A stretch of 64,000 nucleotides of DNA from an uncultured archaeon (GCA_963810275.1 CAWENF010000020.1:1-64000), one strand, 5' to 3'. Shown: positions 20,304-31,439, numbered from the stretch's first letter. Numbers and translations are program-made. The notes: generated from the letters alone by a model not told the origin.

Positions 20304-21173
20304 TTATGTGGGGATTGCCCCGAATATGTAAGCAAGCAAACCTATGAGGAACAGGTAGAGGACGATTTTTTTGATTTTGCGTGCGTTTTCCCGAGTTGGG
20401 TTAAGCAGAAGAAGTATTGAGCAGGCGATTAAGCCCACATCGGTTACAAGCACGAAAGGAATAAACCAGAAACCAACCAACCCCAGAATCCACGTGACCG
20501 GTGTTAAAGCCACCGCCAAAATGTAAAACACCACCGCAACCGCCGCTGCCGAGCGCTCACCGAAACGCACCGCTAAAGTTTTAACGTGTTCAGCTTTGTC
20601 CCCTTTGACATCCACGACGCCCTTAGTAATCTCCCGTCCCGTGTTGGATAGAAAAGCCATTGAGGCGAACAGCAAAACGTTAGGGCCGACGTTGCCAAGT
20701 GCGGTTACGCTACCGAATATGAACGGGATTGCTACACATGCGCTGACAAGAAAGTTTCCGGGAAGCCCGCTGCGTTTGCCCACGGTGAGGTAAGTTGCGG
20801 TTAATGCCAGTGAGGCGAGCGCGACCAAGAAGCATAACAGCCTATAGGGAGAGATGAGTAGCGAACATATGGAGCCCAAAACTATTAGCACCGACATGAA
20901 CACTAAGGCTTCTTTGGGTTTAATCAATCCACTTGGGATAGGACGCTGGGGCTCGTTTATTAGGTCTATTTTTCGGTCGTAGTAATCGTTTACGACCATA
21001 GCAGCAGCACAGAACGTAAAGCCAGTAAGGAAACCTAATAAGATGTTTACCCAGTTAAGGCTGCCCAATTGGTTTGGCGCCAAAGCCAGGACTGCACCCA
21101 CCAGCACTGCAAAGCCCATCATTACGCAGTTAACTGGACGCATCAGATGTACGTAACCGCCGAATTTGTTCAT
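20304..21173 (-). CDS. digeranylgeranylglyceryl phosphate synthase (UbiA family)
   Basis: LMRPVN, NDYYDRKIDLINEPQRPIPSG, GREITKGVVDVKGD; multiple TMs. Confidence 0.9.
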   Translation of the reverse strand: MNKFGGYVHLMRPVNCVMMGFAVLVGAVLALAPNQLGSLNWVNILLGFLTGFTFCAAAMVVNDYYDRKIDLINEPQRPIPSGLIKPKEALVFMSVLIVLGSICSLLISPYRLLCFLVALASLALTATYLTVGKRSGLPGNFLVSACVAIPFIFGSVTALGNVGPNVLLFASMAFLSNTGREITKGVVDVKGDKAEHVKTLAVRFGERSAAAVAVVFYILAVALTPVTWILGLVGFWFIPFVLVTDVGLIACSILLLLNPTRENARKIKKIVLYLFLIGLLAYIFGAIPT

Positions 21174-21576
21174 AACAATGACCGCTTAGAAGTTATGTTG
21201 GTCGAGGAAGGTAATAAAAATTCCATTCACCATGCTTATTTGTATTGGGAGCCGCTTTCTCTGAAGGTCGGCGTCCCAGCCCTATAGGGAGAAGTAATTG
21301 ATCACTTGGATGCTGTATCACATCGTTACACTTTCTGTCAAAGTCGATTTCAGAGTTAGTTCTACGAGCGAAAAACTAACATCCAAACAGATGCTACAAC
21401 TTCCCATAGCAGTTGGTTAATAGATTTCAAGTTCTCTCTGTAATATACTTCTGAATTTTTAATCTTACCTAAATACTCATGCTTGCGCATAAGCACTAAA
21501 ATAGTTTGTAAATAGGAAAAATATTGAAATGCACGCACTAAATTTTTTATTTACCCACACGATTGGATAGGTAAAC

Positions 21577-22002
21577 ATGTCAAGTAAGCAGTTCAAAGTC
21601 AGCGGTCCGAAAACAAAAAAACAAAGGATAGTACGATGGCTGCTGCTGACTGCCGGCACAGTTTGCCTTGTACTTGGCGCAATCGGCATAATCCTGCCTA
21701 TCCTGCCCACTACACCTTTTCTGCTACTATCTGCCGCTTGTTACATTCGGAGTTCAGAGCAGATGCATAAGTGGCTTTTGGGCAATCGCTGGTTTGGCGA
21801 ATACATTAAAAATTATCAGGCGGGACGTGGCATCCCAATGAAGAGCAAAGTGTTGGCGTTGACGATTTTGTGGGCTACGATCTTGTACTCCACGTTTTTT
21901 ATAGTTGACGAGATTCTTGTGGCTCAGGTGGCGCTTTTCATCGTAGCCGCAGGGGTAACAGTGCACCTAATGAGGGTACCCACTTACCGAAAGCAAACTT
22001 AA
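21577..22002 (+). CDS. YbaN/DUF454 family membrane protein
   Basis: LGAIGIILPILPTTPFLLLSAACY.RSS signature. Confidence 0.9.
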   Translation: MSSKQFKVSGPKTKKQRIVRWLLLTAGTVCLVLGAIGIILPILPTTPFLLLSAACYIRSSEQMHKWLLGNRWFGEYIKNYQAGRGIPMKSKVLALTILWATILYSTFFIVDEILVAQVALFIVAAGVTVHLMRVPTYRKQT

Positions 22003-22092
22003 AACTAACGACAAGCCAACATTTGGACGGCATATGATAAACATTAAATGTGTTAAATGTCCATTTCCTAATGAAGTTAAGGTAGATGCTGC

Positions 22093-23389
22093 GTGAGCGA
22101 CTGTTATGCACCTTTAGTAGGCGACAATTATTCACCTGATAAAATCCGAGTTATAATACCTGTGGGCGGAAAAGCCACTCGGCTGCTTCCGTTGACGGCA
22201 GAAACCAGCAAAGCCTGCCTTCGTTTACTAAACCGTCCCTTGGTGGAGTTTTCGCTGCTCTCACTTGCAAATCAGGGCATCCGAAACTTCATATTCGGCG
22301 TAAAAGGCTACACCAACTACCGCGACCTATACGATTACTTCCAGTCTGGCGCAGGATTTGCAACGCGCTATAACATAAAACCATCCATCCACATAAAATA
22401 CCAGCCCAACGTGCCTGACCTAGGAAGCGCCGATTCAGCGCATATAAACATGGATTACTATGAACTTAAAAACCCAGTTTTTGCAGTGCAGGGCGACAAC
22501 ATCTTTGACATGAAAGTCAAAAAACTCATCAATTTCCATAAAGAAAAAAATGCCGCCCTAACTATAGTGCTGCGTGAGGTAGACAACGTAGAAGGTTTAG
22601 GCATAGCTGACATCGACAATGACGGACGCATCAACAAATTCGTAGAGAAACCTTTACCTAAAGATGCTCCAAGCAATCTCGCCAACACTGGGCTTTACAT
22701 GATTTCTCCTGAAGTGCGCAAAATCTTCAAAGAAAAAGGCGTTCAGCAAATCATCAAAGAAAAAGGTCGCTTGGATTTTGGTTATGACTTCATCCCCTAC
22801 GTCATATCTACAGGTCGCCCCGTCTATCGGCTACACGCTCAAGGGCAGCTGGTTTGATGTCGGAACTCCTAAGAATTATTTGGAAGCTATGAAAAACCTG
22901 CTGCATGGAGGATTCTCCTCTCTCAAAGACTTTGGTGGCAGGTTAAGTCCAGACTCAACGGTTTGGGTACAAGGAGACAGCTGCGATTCAGAGAAGCGTC
23001 GCCAAAGCATCATTCAAAAGATTAAGCAGAAGAAAATCAAAATTGAGGGCGCCGTGTTGATTGGGCGGCACTGCGAAATCGGAGACGGCGCCCGCATCGT
23101 TAATAGCTGCATCGACAATTTTACACGAATAGGTAAAAACGCTGTAATCGTGAACTCAGCAGTCATGGACCGCGTTATCATCGGAGACAACGCTGAAGTC
23201 TACGACAGCATAATAGGCAGACACGTCGCAATCAACTCCAGCAGCGCTAAGCCCACAAAGGTCACAGCTGTCAGCGTTATAGCCGATGACGTAGCACTTG
23301 AAGAAGGGTGCTCACTATCCGCATCAAAAGTTTATCCGCATCAGCAGATCAGAGGGGAATTCCAAAACCAAACAATAATCGCTAACTAA
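22093..23389 (+). CDS. NDP-sugar pyrophosphorylase (nucleotidyltransferase + hexapeptide repeats); frameshift near 22828
   Basis: IPVGGKATRLLPLT..K, QGDN, FVEKP, NTGLY; the second frame carries GYTLKGSWFDVGT and the left-handed beta-helix repeats. Confidence 0.88.
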
Positions 23390-23940
23390 GCCTTAAACCA
23401 CTTAAACATCAAATAATCAATGCGAGTTGACACCAAATCCGGCACAGCAATTATGAAACGTTTACGCACTGTAGTCGCTAACCTTCCGTTCTTGACGATT
23501 TCAGTAGCAGAAATATCTGAACCCGCCCTCTTCACAGTCACCATATAAGGCGCATGCTCCACCCCAGGTCCGTATTTATACACTGCGAAGTCGCAACCAA
23601 ACTTTATCCCAGGCATCACAATCAAGTTACAATTACGCAAATCCTTGTAGACAGCGTATTTCTCCTCGAACTCGTCATAAAGCATCTTGGCTTTCTGACG
23701 TAGAACGTTGAGATCCACCTGGTTTTTACTAGGCTTTTCGTAAATCTCGATCTGCTCCGTCTCAGCCAAATACAAACCCTCCATGAGATCTAAAACTAAG
23801 GGCACATCGAACTCGGGAATTTTGGGTTTGGGGATGCCGATTGGTTTGCCATAATAAGCTGATTTGTAAAGTTTTGAGCCTTCAGTAGTGTCCCACACTA
23901 CTAGGAAGTTTTCGATAAGCTCAACTTTTGTTTTAGCCAA
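23386..23940 (-). CDS. endA: tRNA-intron endonuclease, catalytic (alpha) subunit
   Basis: VYKDLR..PGIKFGCDFAVY..GPGVEHAPY..RLATTVRK with the catalytic Tyr/His/Lys. Confidence 0.92.
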   Translation of the reverse strand: MAKTKVELIENFLVVWDTTEGSKLYKSAYYGKPIGIPKPKIPEFDVPLVLDLMEGLYLAETEQIEIYEKPSKNQVDLNVLRQKAKMLYDEFEEKYAVYKDLRNCNLIVMPGIKFGCDFAVYKYGPGVEHAPYMVTVKRAGSDISATEIVKNGRLATTVRKRFIIAVPDLVSTRIDYLMFKWFKA

Positions 23941-23946
23941 GTCGGG

Positions 23947-24606
23947 TCACATTATAAACGAGATCAGTCTGGCTGCATCTGCGGCATCTTCGGCCTTGTC
24001 GGCGCTATTCTCAAGCATTTGTAAAACGTCACGGAGCAACATGAGTGCGGGGAGATCAATTTTGCTTGATAAGACTTTTATGGTCAAGGCTCGGTACTGA
24101 TCGTCTACAATGCGCTCAGCAATTTCGACATCTTTGGCGCGCTCCAGTGTTTTTTGGCTGCCGTAGTTAAGGACCATCATGGTTTCGCGTAGCTTAAGCG
24201 TGGAGTCCAAAACCGCCAAAGAGAGTTTTAGAAGATCTTTTTTGATCTCTGGGGGTATAACCCAGTTATGTTCCATAATTTCGACGAGGTAGTATCCTAT
24301 GCCCTCACTGAAGTCAGCGATTTCGCTTGAAAGATTAGTGAAGCGATGGAAATCCTCTCGAGCATAAAGAACTGCGCCAATTTCAGCTAGCTCTTGGCTA
24401 ACCATACGTCTTGCTTTGATGACTTCTTCTTCGCCTGCCTTAATTTCGCTAAAGAGTCTGCGCACGTTGTCTTTGTCTCCGCTGGCGAAGTACTCCACGA
24501 GTTGCGGGATTTTCCTTGAAATATCCACGACCTTTCGCAGATTGTCTTGGCATGCGTTGAGTGCCCTGCGCTTCACGCGCTCTTCTGTTTCTGATGGTAG
24601 TACCAT
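23947..24606 (-). CDS. DUF47 / PhoU-like phosphate transport regulator
   Basis: Helical protein with AERIVDDQYR and LENSADKAEDAAD. Confidence 0.8.
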   Translation of the reverse strand: MVLPSETEERVKRRALNACQDNLRKVVDISRKIPQLVEYFASGDKDNVRRLFSEIKAGEEEVIKARRMVSQELAEIGAVLYAREDFHRFTNLSSEIADFSEGIGYYLVEIMEHNWVIPPEIKKDLLKLSLAVLDSTLKLRETMMVLNYGSQKTLERAKDVEIAERIVDDQYRALTIKVLSSKIDLPALMLLRDVLQMLENSADKAEDAADAARLISFIM

Positions 24607-24682
24607 ACTGTTATCCCCCGCTATAGATATCCCTGATTTTCCATTATTTTTATGTCACTCAACTATTAAAAAAGGTAGCTGC

Positions 24683-26455
24683 TTAAGTTTTGATTTGTGT
24701 CCCTAACTGTTCAAAGTTTATCTTGGATTCGAAGTATTTGTGCAAAAGCTGAGGCAACTCTGAGATTGGGACGCGGACTTGTTTCCAACTATCGCGGTCG
24801 CGAATAGTTACTGTGTCTTTTTCGAGGGTATCGTAGTCAACCGTTATGCCGAGCTGAACGCCTGCTTCGTCTGCTCTCGCGTAGCGTCTGCCTATACTGC
24901 CTGTCTCGTCCAGATCCGTCAGGAAGCCTTCTGCCGCCAAAGTTTTTTGGATTTCACATGCTTTGGTGCCCATGCCGTCTTTGCTCATCAAGGGGTAGAT
25001 CCCCACCTGAATCGGCGCAATAGACCGCGGGAAACTCATTACAACGCGGTCAACTTTTAAGCCATAAGCGTACTCTAATGCGACATAAAAGAGACGGTCG
25101 CAGCCAAAACTAGGCTCTACCACATGCGGGACAAAACGCTTGCCCCGTACAATGGTTTTTTGTTTGCCAATTTCGACTTGCTCTTTAAATATTTGGTAGC
25201 CATCCACTAGAATGCTGCCGTCTTTCTCCATTGCATCCACAACCTGTTGCACCGGAAGCTTCGCCAACGCTGCAGCTGCTTTGGCTGCTTCGCCCTTGTA
25301 TACAGGACCCAGCTTAGCCAAGAGTGGCTTAACGGCGAGTTCCTCGGTTTCCAAGGGATTTGGGAACTCCTTGTATACTGACATATCTACGCCACTTGCT
25401 TTCATGTGGCAGTTTAAGTCGAAGTCAGTTCTATAAGCATGACCTGAAACCTCTATCCAGCCCCAGCGGTCCACGAGGACTTCCTGATCAAAGCTCTGTG
25501 TACTGTAGTGAGCTTTTTCCCAGGTAAGTTTTTCCAAGAAACGTTGGTTCCGCTCTGGCACACCCAACTCAACGAGTAAACGTTTGGCTTGAGCCATAAA
25601 AAATGCTTGCCACTCATTCTTGATTACGCCATTATCGAGTGCTTCGCGCACGGTAAAGTTGGTTACATCTTCGCATTCCTTGAGACGAGTATCACAAAGA
25701 AGAATTGGAAGCACCTCGTTTTCAACTTCGCAGATGCGGCTGCATGCTGCTTCCTCTGGATCAAAGAAAAACTCCAAGTCCGCGATGGTAAACTCACGCA
25801 AGCGGATTAAGCCTTGACGCGGAGATATCTCGTTTCGCAGAGCCTTACCGATGTTTATGCAGCCAAACGGCAATTTTTCACGAGCGACATTGAAGAGGCG
25901 ATTGAATTCGACAAAGATATTTTGTGCGGCTTCGGGTCTGCCAAAGCCCACTGACCCTGCATAGGGACCGATAGTGGTTTCGAACATGGTTAGGTAGCGT
26001 ATTGGTTCGCCAAATTCACCGTCGCAGTCTGGGCATACAATCTCGTGGCGCACCAGCTCCTCTTTGATGTCGTCAAGAGTCATTCTTTCTGCTTCAGCAC
26101 TACTAATTCCCTTATCCTCTAAGAGGTGGTCAGCGCGGAACCGTGTGTGGCATTTCTGGCACTCAACCATTGGCTCCTTAAAATGCGCCACGTGTCCAGA
26201 TGCCTCAAACACTTTAGCGGGCGTGATGACTGAAGACTCCATCTCAAAGATGCCGTTACGTTTAACCATTAGATCCCTAAGAAGCGCCTCAACATTCTGC
26301 TTCAAGCGAGCGCCCAGCGGGCCGTAAGTAACAAAGCCGCCGCTTCCACCATAAATTTCAAAGCTGCTCCAAAAGAAGCCGCGGCGCTTAGCGAGTTCGT
26401 TAACTGCAACGAACTTGTCGCATTGCGATTTCTGGCATTTTACGTCGCTATTCAA
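24683..26455 (-). CDS. glyS: glycine--tRNA ligase (alpha2 type)
   Basis: RRGFFW..YGPLG, RPEAAQNIF, RNEISPRQGLIRLREF, AHYS, VVEPSFGCDR, SIGRRYARADE. Confidence 0.97.
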   Translation of the reverse strand: MNSDVKCQKSQCDKFVAVNELAKRRGFFWSSFEIYGGSGGFVTYGPLGARLKQNVEALLRDLMVKRNGIFEMESSVITPAKVFEASGHVAHFKEPMVECQKCHTRFRADHLLEDKGISSAEAERMTLDDIKEELVRHEIVCPDCDGEFGEPIRYLTMFETTIGPYAGSVGFGRPEAAQNIFVEFNRLFNVAREKLPFGCINIGKALRNEISPRQGLIRLREFTIADLEFFFDPEEAACSRICEVENEVLPILLCDTRLKECEDVTNFTVREALDNGVIKNEWQAFFMAQAKRLLVELGVPERNQRFLEKLTWEKAHYSTQSFDQEVLVDRWGWIEVSGHAYRTDFDLNCHMKASGVDMSVYKEFPNPLETEELAVKPLLAKLGPVYKGEAAKAAAALAKLPVQQVVDAMEKDGSILVDGYQIFKEQVEIGKQKTIVRGKRFVPHVVEPSFGCDRLFYVALEYAYGLKVDRVVMSFPRSIAPIQVGIYPLMSKDGMGTKACEIQKTLAAEGFLTDLDETGSIGRRYARADEAGVQLGITVDYDTLEKDTVTIRDRDSWKQVRVPISELPQLLHKYFESKINFEQLGTQIKT

Positions 26456-26664
26456 AGTCGATTACCTGTTTCAGTGTGTTAGGATGAATTGACAATTAAA
26501 ATGTTGTGTGCCAGAATTGTTACTCATTGCTTGTTTTGTGTTTTGGGTTCAGCTTCTGAGATACCCATGTATCTAGTGGATATTCATCAAGCAGGTTAAT
26601 TTTAATCAAACATTTAACCCGAAAACGATGTTTGAAACATTAAAAAAAGAGATTAGTGGAGACT

Positions 26665-26766
26665 TTACTTTTTACCCGCTTTTTTAGCGCAGGCACTGCT
26701 GCAATATTTCGATTTAGCATCAAATGTGGTGTAGGTTTTCTTGCAGATTGAGCATTTTTTCTCCAT
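26665..26766 (-). CDS. 33-aa treble-clef-like zinc-finger microprotein (not in ORF track)
   Basis: MEKKCSICKKTYTTFDAKSKYCSSACAKKAGKK; CxxC...YCSxxC, with an AT-rich TATA-like region upstream. Confidence 0.65.
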   Translation of the reverse strand: MEKKCSICKKTYTTFDAKSKYCSSACAKKAGKK

Positions 26767-26879
26767 AGGAATCCCATTGATATAATGATTTTCTATGTTA
26801 ATAGTTTTCTTATATAGGTTGAAGCATGATAGAGTCGTTAGAGCTGTTTAAAGATACTAACAAATTGATTATCTTTTAA

Positions 26880-28478
26880 TCAGCCTATGAATTCTATTAC
26901 GAATATTCTTCTTGGATTCTGCCCAAAAGTTGCGTCACTGCTGATATGTGTAAAGTTACCCGAATCATAGAGGTCTCTATAAATCTGTTGCAAAGTCAAT
27001 GTGGTATTGAAGTAGGGTACTGTGGCGCCGTATTCGTAGGTGAACACGTACTGCACGTTGTTTTCTTTGCATTGCTCCATGAATTCTGTTAGGTTAAAGG
27101 CTGGGGTGTAGGTGTCTGCGGGTTTATCGGGGTATTGATGTACCTGTGTGGTTGGGTCACCGTTTTTGATGAGGTAGAAGCGCACCATGTCGGCGCTGAA
27201 GTAATCGAAAGCGCAAAGTACCATGATAGAGCGGTTTTGAGTGAGGTTTTGAATTGCGTATGTTGTGGCTGCTTCGGTTGGGATGTTTATGTTGAAGTAG
27301 CTGTTAATGGTGTAGGCGTCATAGACGCTGTATGCGCAGGCGCAGGCGACAAAGGTGATTAGTACTATTGAGGCGGCTTTGGCCGTTTTTGTTTTGTCAG
27401 GACGGATTTTTCTAATTTCGTCAAGCTTGCCCAGCAGGTGCGTGATTAGCGTGGCGGCTGCCATTGCCAAAGCAGGGAACAAGCCAATGACGTAACGCCA
27501 CTCCTTGTTAGCGATAAGGCTGAAAAACACGAAGATAACTAAGAACCAGAATAGCACAATTTTGTCGCTGCGTCTGTGCCGCCAAACCATAAAACCCAAC
27601 CCCACTAAGCAGAGGGCATAGATGAAGATGGATATGGGGTGGAAGACTTCGTAGGGCCAAAATACATCAATCAAGTAAAAGATGGGTGCTGGATAACGGA
27701 CGCTGTAGACGGCTTTATCGGGGTTGCCGATTTGTACGGCGTAGAGCCAGTTTACGATTAGTTTGTCGCCGTAGACAAAAGCCACCACAAGCCAGGGCAC
27801 AACAACTGCGGCTGCACCCACAACCAAAAGCCCAAACCGTAGAAACGCATGCTTAAGGCGCCCGCGTTCAAGAAACATGATGCTAAATAGCACGATTGCA
27901 CCTATGATGATTGCTTGGTATTTGCTTAGGATGCCCAAGCCGATAGTTGCGCCGCAGAGCAGCATGTAGAGGTCTTTTCTTGTTTTAACCCATTTTATGA
28001 AAAGAAGCAGTCCTAAGACTATGAAGAAAACCAGCGTCATCTCGATTAGGGCAAGGCGGCTTAGCCAGAAGTACCCTGGCATCAATCCCAACAGCAAGGA
28101 AGAGAGGAAAGCGGTTTTCCCATCAAACATGCTGCGGGCTAACTCGAAGGTTACCCAAAGCGCCAAAACAGAAAACACGAGAGTGGCAAGCCGTGCGCTA
28201 AACAAGCTGATGCCAAAAACGTTAAAGGAAGCTGCGACTGCGCTGTCAAAAAGCGGAGGATAAAATGCTGCGCTTAGGTAGCGGTCGATGTCACCGCCGT
28301 TGATGTACAGTGCGGCGTTTAGGTGAACGATTTCATCCCAGTTCAGGGGCAGAACCATAAGCGTTAGGAGTAGAGCTAAGGCATATGCTAAGGCGTAGAA
28401 CAGAAAGGCCAATCGCCACCGGTCAAAGTAGGCGCTGAATCGGTTTAAAGGCGCATTTTGGCTCTTGATGCCCGTCAT
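26880..28478 (-). CDS. GT-C membrane glycosyltransferase (PMT/ArnT-like)
   Basis: NWDEIVH, YPPL, many TMs, GILSKY, KEWRY. Confidence 0.85.
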   Translation of the reverse strand: MTGIKSQNAPLNRFSAYFDRWRLAFLFYALAYALALLLTLMVLPLNWDEIVHLNAALYINGGDIDRYLSAAFYPPLFDSAVAASFNVFGISLFSARLATLVFSVLALWVTFELARSMFDGKTAFLSSLLLGLMPGYFWLSRLALIEMTLVFFIVLGLLLFIKWVKTRKDLYMLLCGATIGLGILSKYQAIIIGAIVLFSIMFLERGRLKHAFLRFGLLVVGAAAVVVPWLVVAFVYGDKLIVNWLYAVQIGNPDKAVYSVRYPAPIFYLIDVFWPYEVFHPISIFIYALCLVGLGFMVWRHRRSDKIVLFWFLVIFVFFSLIANKEWRYVIGLFPALAMAAATLITHLLGKLDEIRKIRPDKTKTAKAASIVLITFVACACAYSVYDAYTINSYFNINIPTEAATTYAIQNLTQNRSIMVLCAFDYFSADMVRFYLIKNGDPTTQVHQYPDKPADTYTPAFNLTEFMEQCKENNVQYVFTYEYGATVPYFNTTLTLQQIYRDLYDSGNFTHISSDATFGQNPRRIFVIEFIG

Positions 28479-28807
28479 GATCTCAACATTTAGTGCCTAA
28501 TTGCCTTCATCTTATGCAATCTGTTCAGATATAAAATCTTGCCAAACCAAGCGCAGAGGTCAGCTAAAGTCTATTTGGGATTTAAGACCATAAAAACTCG
28601 AAGCTAATGTGAAATAGGGTGCCGAAGCCTTGAAACTAAAATTCCCAGTCCCTGCCTAAAGCCAATTGTGCAGAATTGAGCAGGGCGTAGCCTAAGTCAA
28701 CGTCGGATTAAACTTGGAACTATAAACAATCAAGCCCCGAAAAGTAATTGGTATAAGCAAAAAACAATAAAACACAGCACAACCAACATATTAGCAGGGG
28801 CAAACTT

Positions 28808-29839
28808 ATGGCTTATAACGAACTAAGAAAAGACTACTTGCTAAACCGCTGGGTAGTAATAGCTACGGAACGTAGCCGCAGACCCTCCGATCTGGTCAAA
28901 CCCCACCCTAAAACCGCACAAACAGCCACGTGTCCACTTTGTGCAGGTAACGAAGCCATGACGCCCCCGGCACTACTCATTTACCAAAAAAACGGCGAAC
29001 ACACAACCGACCCCATCAAGGGTGAACGCGTAAAAAACTGGCTTGTGCGGGTCATTCCAAACTTGTATCCAGCTTTCACGCCGCCCAAGCAACCGCAAGA
29101 CACTGCGTTGATCTTCCGCGGCGAATGCTTCGGCAACGCTATTGGACACCATGAGATTGTTGTTGAATCCGCATTGCATGACGAAGGTCCCGCTGATGCA
29201 GATTTGCCCCAACTCGAACTCGCCTTAAATGCCTATATTGACCGTTTCAAAGAACTGAGCAACAAGCCCTACGTGAAGTATGTCTCGATTTTCCGCAACT
29301 ACGGCTTAGAAGCGGGAGCTTCGCTTTCGCATGCACACAGCCAAATCATCGCCACCCCGATGGTTCCCGCCGTGATCGGGGAAGAGGAGCAAGCGGCGCG
29401 CATGTATCGTCAGAAAACAGGCAGATGCGTGTTCTGTGACATTATCCGCCGAGAACGAAGCGGACCTCGTCAAATAATGGATAGCGGTGAGTTTGTTGTG
29501 TTTGCTCCCTACGCAGCCATAAATCCACTGGAGTTCTGGATTTTCCCCACGCGGCACACATCAAACATCGCCGACCTCACCCCCACCGAAGTCAAAGGTC
29601 TTGCAACGATACTCAAAGATACGCTCACAGCGCTTAAAACGGTGCTCAGCGACCCACCCTACAACTACGGCATCCACCAAACCCAAACACAGGATGGCAG
29701 CTACCACTGGCACCTTGAAGTGTACCCTAAAGTAGCGACTTGGGCGGGATTTGAGAAAAGCACAGGCATCTACATCAACACAGTTTCGCCCGAGGCATCA
29801 GCCGAGAGCTTAAAAGCAGCATCAAAAAACCCAGCCTAA
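28808..29839 (+). CDS. galT: galactose-1-phosphate uridylyltransferase family
   Basis: WVVIATERSRRP, CPLC.GNE, VIPNLYP, GASLSHAHSQ, CVFCD, YHWHLE, AGFE. Confidence 0.92.
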   Translation: MAYNELRKDYLLNRWVVIATERSRRPSDLVKPHPKTAQTATCPLCAGNEAMTPPALLIYQKNGEHTTDPIKGERVKNWLVRVIPNLYPAFTPPKQPQDTALIFRGECFGNAIGHHEIVVESALHDEGPADADLPQLELALNAYIDRFKELSNKPYVKYVSIFRNYGLEAGASLSHAHSQIIATPMVPAVIGEEEQAARMYRQKTGRCVFCDIIRRERSGPRQIMDSGEFVVFAPYAAINPLEFWIFPTRHTSNIADLTPTEVKGLATILKDTLTALKTVLSDPPYNYGIHQTQTQDGSYHWHLEVYPKVATWAGFEKSTGIYINTVSPEASAESLKAASKNPA

Positions 29840-29938
29840 CTGTTCTTTAGCTACAGCACCCAACTTCGTTTTTGGGCAAAGACGCCGCAAACGTTATATC
29901 AAAAAACATGCCTTCAAACCCAAAAGCAGTGACAACAA

Positions 29939-30571
29939 ATGGCTCAAACTGAACCAGAAAAATACGCTTTTCTCACCAAACTCGCCCTCGAACAAGGCAC
30001 AGCAGATGCAAAAATCATTCCGGCAAACCAAATCGTGATTGAGGACCGAGTGGTGCTCAAATGTAAAGTAGGCTGTAACCACTACGGCGAAACGCTGGCC
30101 TGCCCACCCTACACACCCACCGCCGAGCAGTTCAGAAAAATAGTTGCTGAATACGGCTATGCCATGTTTATGAAATTCACCACCTCAGCATCCTGCGAGC
30201 CAGAAGTCTATAAATACCTCATGACATACCAAACCGACTCCACCGTACCCAAAGATATGAAAGAGAAAGCATCAGCATTCTGGCAAGGCTGGAAAGACAG
30301 CAAAATAAGCATGCTCCAAACTGTCGTGGACTTGGAAAAAGCCGCTATGAAACAGGGCTACACATTGGCTATGTCATTTATTTCGGGACACTGTCAACTC
30401 TGTGATAAATGTAACACGGAAACAAAAATCTGCCGCCACCCCGAATTAATGCGTATGTCAGAGGACGCAATAGGAGTAAACGTCTCGAAAACCGCCAAAA
30501 ACGCAGGTATTCATTATCAGTTTCCTTTCAACAAGAAGGCTGATTCCTTTGCTTTGCTCTTAATCGAGTAA
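29939..30571 (+). CDS. DUF2284 metal-binding protein
   Basis: KCKVGCNHYG..CPP; GHCQLCDKC..CRHP..RMSEDAIGVNV. Confidence 0.85.
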   Translation: MAQTEPEKYAFLTKLALEQGTADAKIIPANQIVIEDRVVLKCKVGCNHYGETLACPPYTPTAEQFRKIVAEYGYAMFMKFTTSASCEPEVYKYLMTYQTDSTVPKDMKEKASAFWQGWKDSKISMLQTVVDLEKAAMKQGYTLAMSFISGHCQLCDKCNTETKICRHPELMRMSEDAIGVNVSKTAKNAGIHYQFPFNKKADSFALLLIE

Positions 30572-30617
30572 CCGTGTTTGGGGAAAACATAAAAGATTCT
30601 CCACCCCAAAAAAGAGT

Positions 30618-30890
30618 ATGAAGCTTTTACTTGACGAAATGTATGCTGGACTCAAAGAGTACTTCGAGACGCTCGGCTACGAAGTGCAGACAGCGCAGGA
30701 AGCGGGTTTGAAGTCAGCGAAAGATAGAGAAGTCGTCGAATACGCACAGAAACACTGCCAAGTTTTAGTCACTCAGGACCAAAAACCCGCCGAACTCGCC
30801 GAATTGCTAGGAGTAAAATACATATTCATATCCAGCCTTACAATTGCCCAACTTGTGGACCAGAAAATCAAAGCCACCTACAAGCCGTAG
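30618..30890 (+). CDS. small PIN-like protein (DUF5615 / Mut7-C N-terminal type)
   Basis: MKLLLDEM..LGYEV..D.EVVEYA....LVTQD. Confidence 0.8.
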   Translation: MKLLLDEMYAGLKEYFETLGYEVQTAQEAGLKSAKDREVVEYAQKHCQVLVTQDQKPAELAELLGVKYIFISSLTIAQLVDQKIKATYKP

Positions 30891-31439
30891 CTATACACAG
30901 ATGTGGCGAAGGTATTTGTTCCAGAGATAAGCCGCCGCATAGCCAGATGCTACCCCAACCGCTGGCCCCATAAATATTACGAGTGCAGTCAATATTGGGC
31001 TGGGCTGAATGAACAAACTGAAATATGATAAGCCTTGCGTGTAGAAGAACTGAGGTAAATAAGCAAAAGCAGAATAGCTAAAAATCCCTATAAGGAATGT
31101 TGCAGCTGCCATCGCAGCAATTAAGCGGTTTCGGTTTACCCCTTCTCTTGTAGCTTTAACTTTGAAGGCGAAGAAAAAAACATCCACGAAAACTCCAAAG
31201 AGAAAAGCAAAAAAGAACGTAAACGGTCCCAGTGAGGACCACGCCAGCGCTGTTAGTAGGCCCCCGATCGCACCCACGTACATGGCGCCAACTTTTTTGA
31301 TGAAAAGTGAACTGAGAGCAAGGAGGACGGCTTGGACTGCCATCATGAGATAATTAAAGGGTGCAGGCAGGAAAACGTTTCCGACGAAGATTATGGCGCC
31401 GAACAATGCGATTATGAAGAGTCTTTGAAGCCGCTGCAT
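30891..31439 (-). CDS. membrane protein, possibly an ECF transporter S-component
   Basis: About six hydrophobic segments; ALFGAI near the N-terminus. Confidence 0.6.
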   Translation of the reverse strand: MQRLQRLFIIALFGAIIFVGNVFLPAPFNYLMMAVQAVLLALSSLFIKKVGAMYVGAIGGLLTALAWSSLGPFTFFFAFLFGVFVDVFFFAFKVKATREGVNRNRLIAAMAAATFLIGIFSYSAFAYLPQFFYTQGLSYFSLFIQPSPILTALVIFMGPAVGVASGYAAAYLWNKYLRHICV

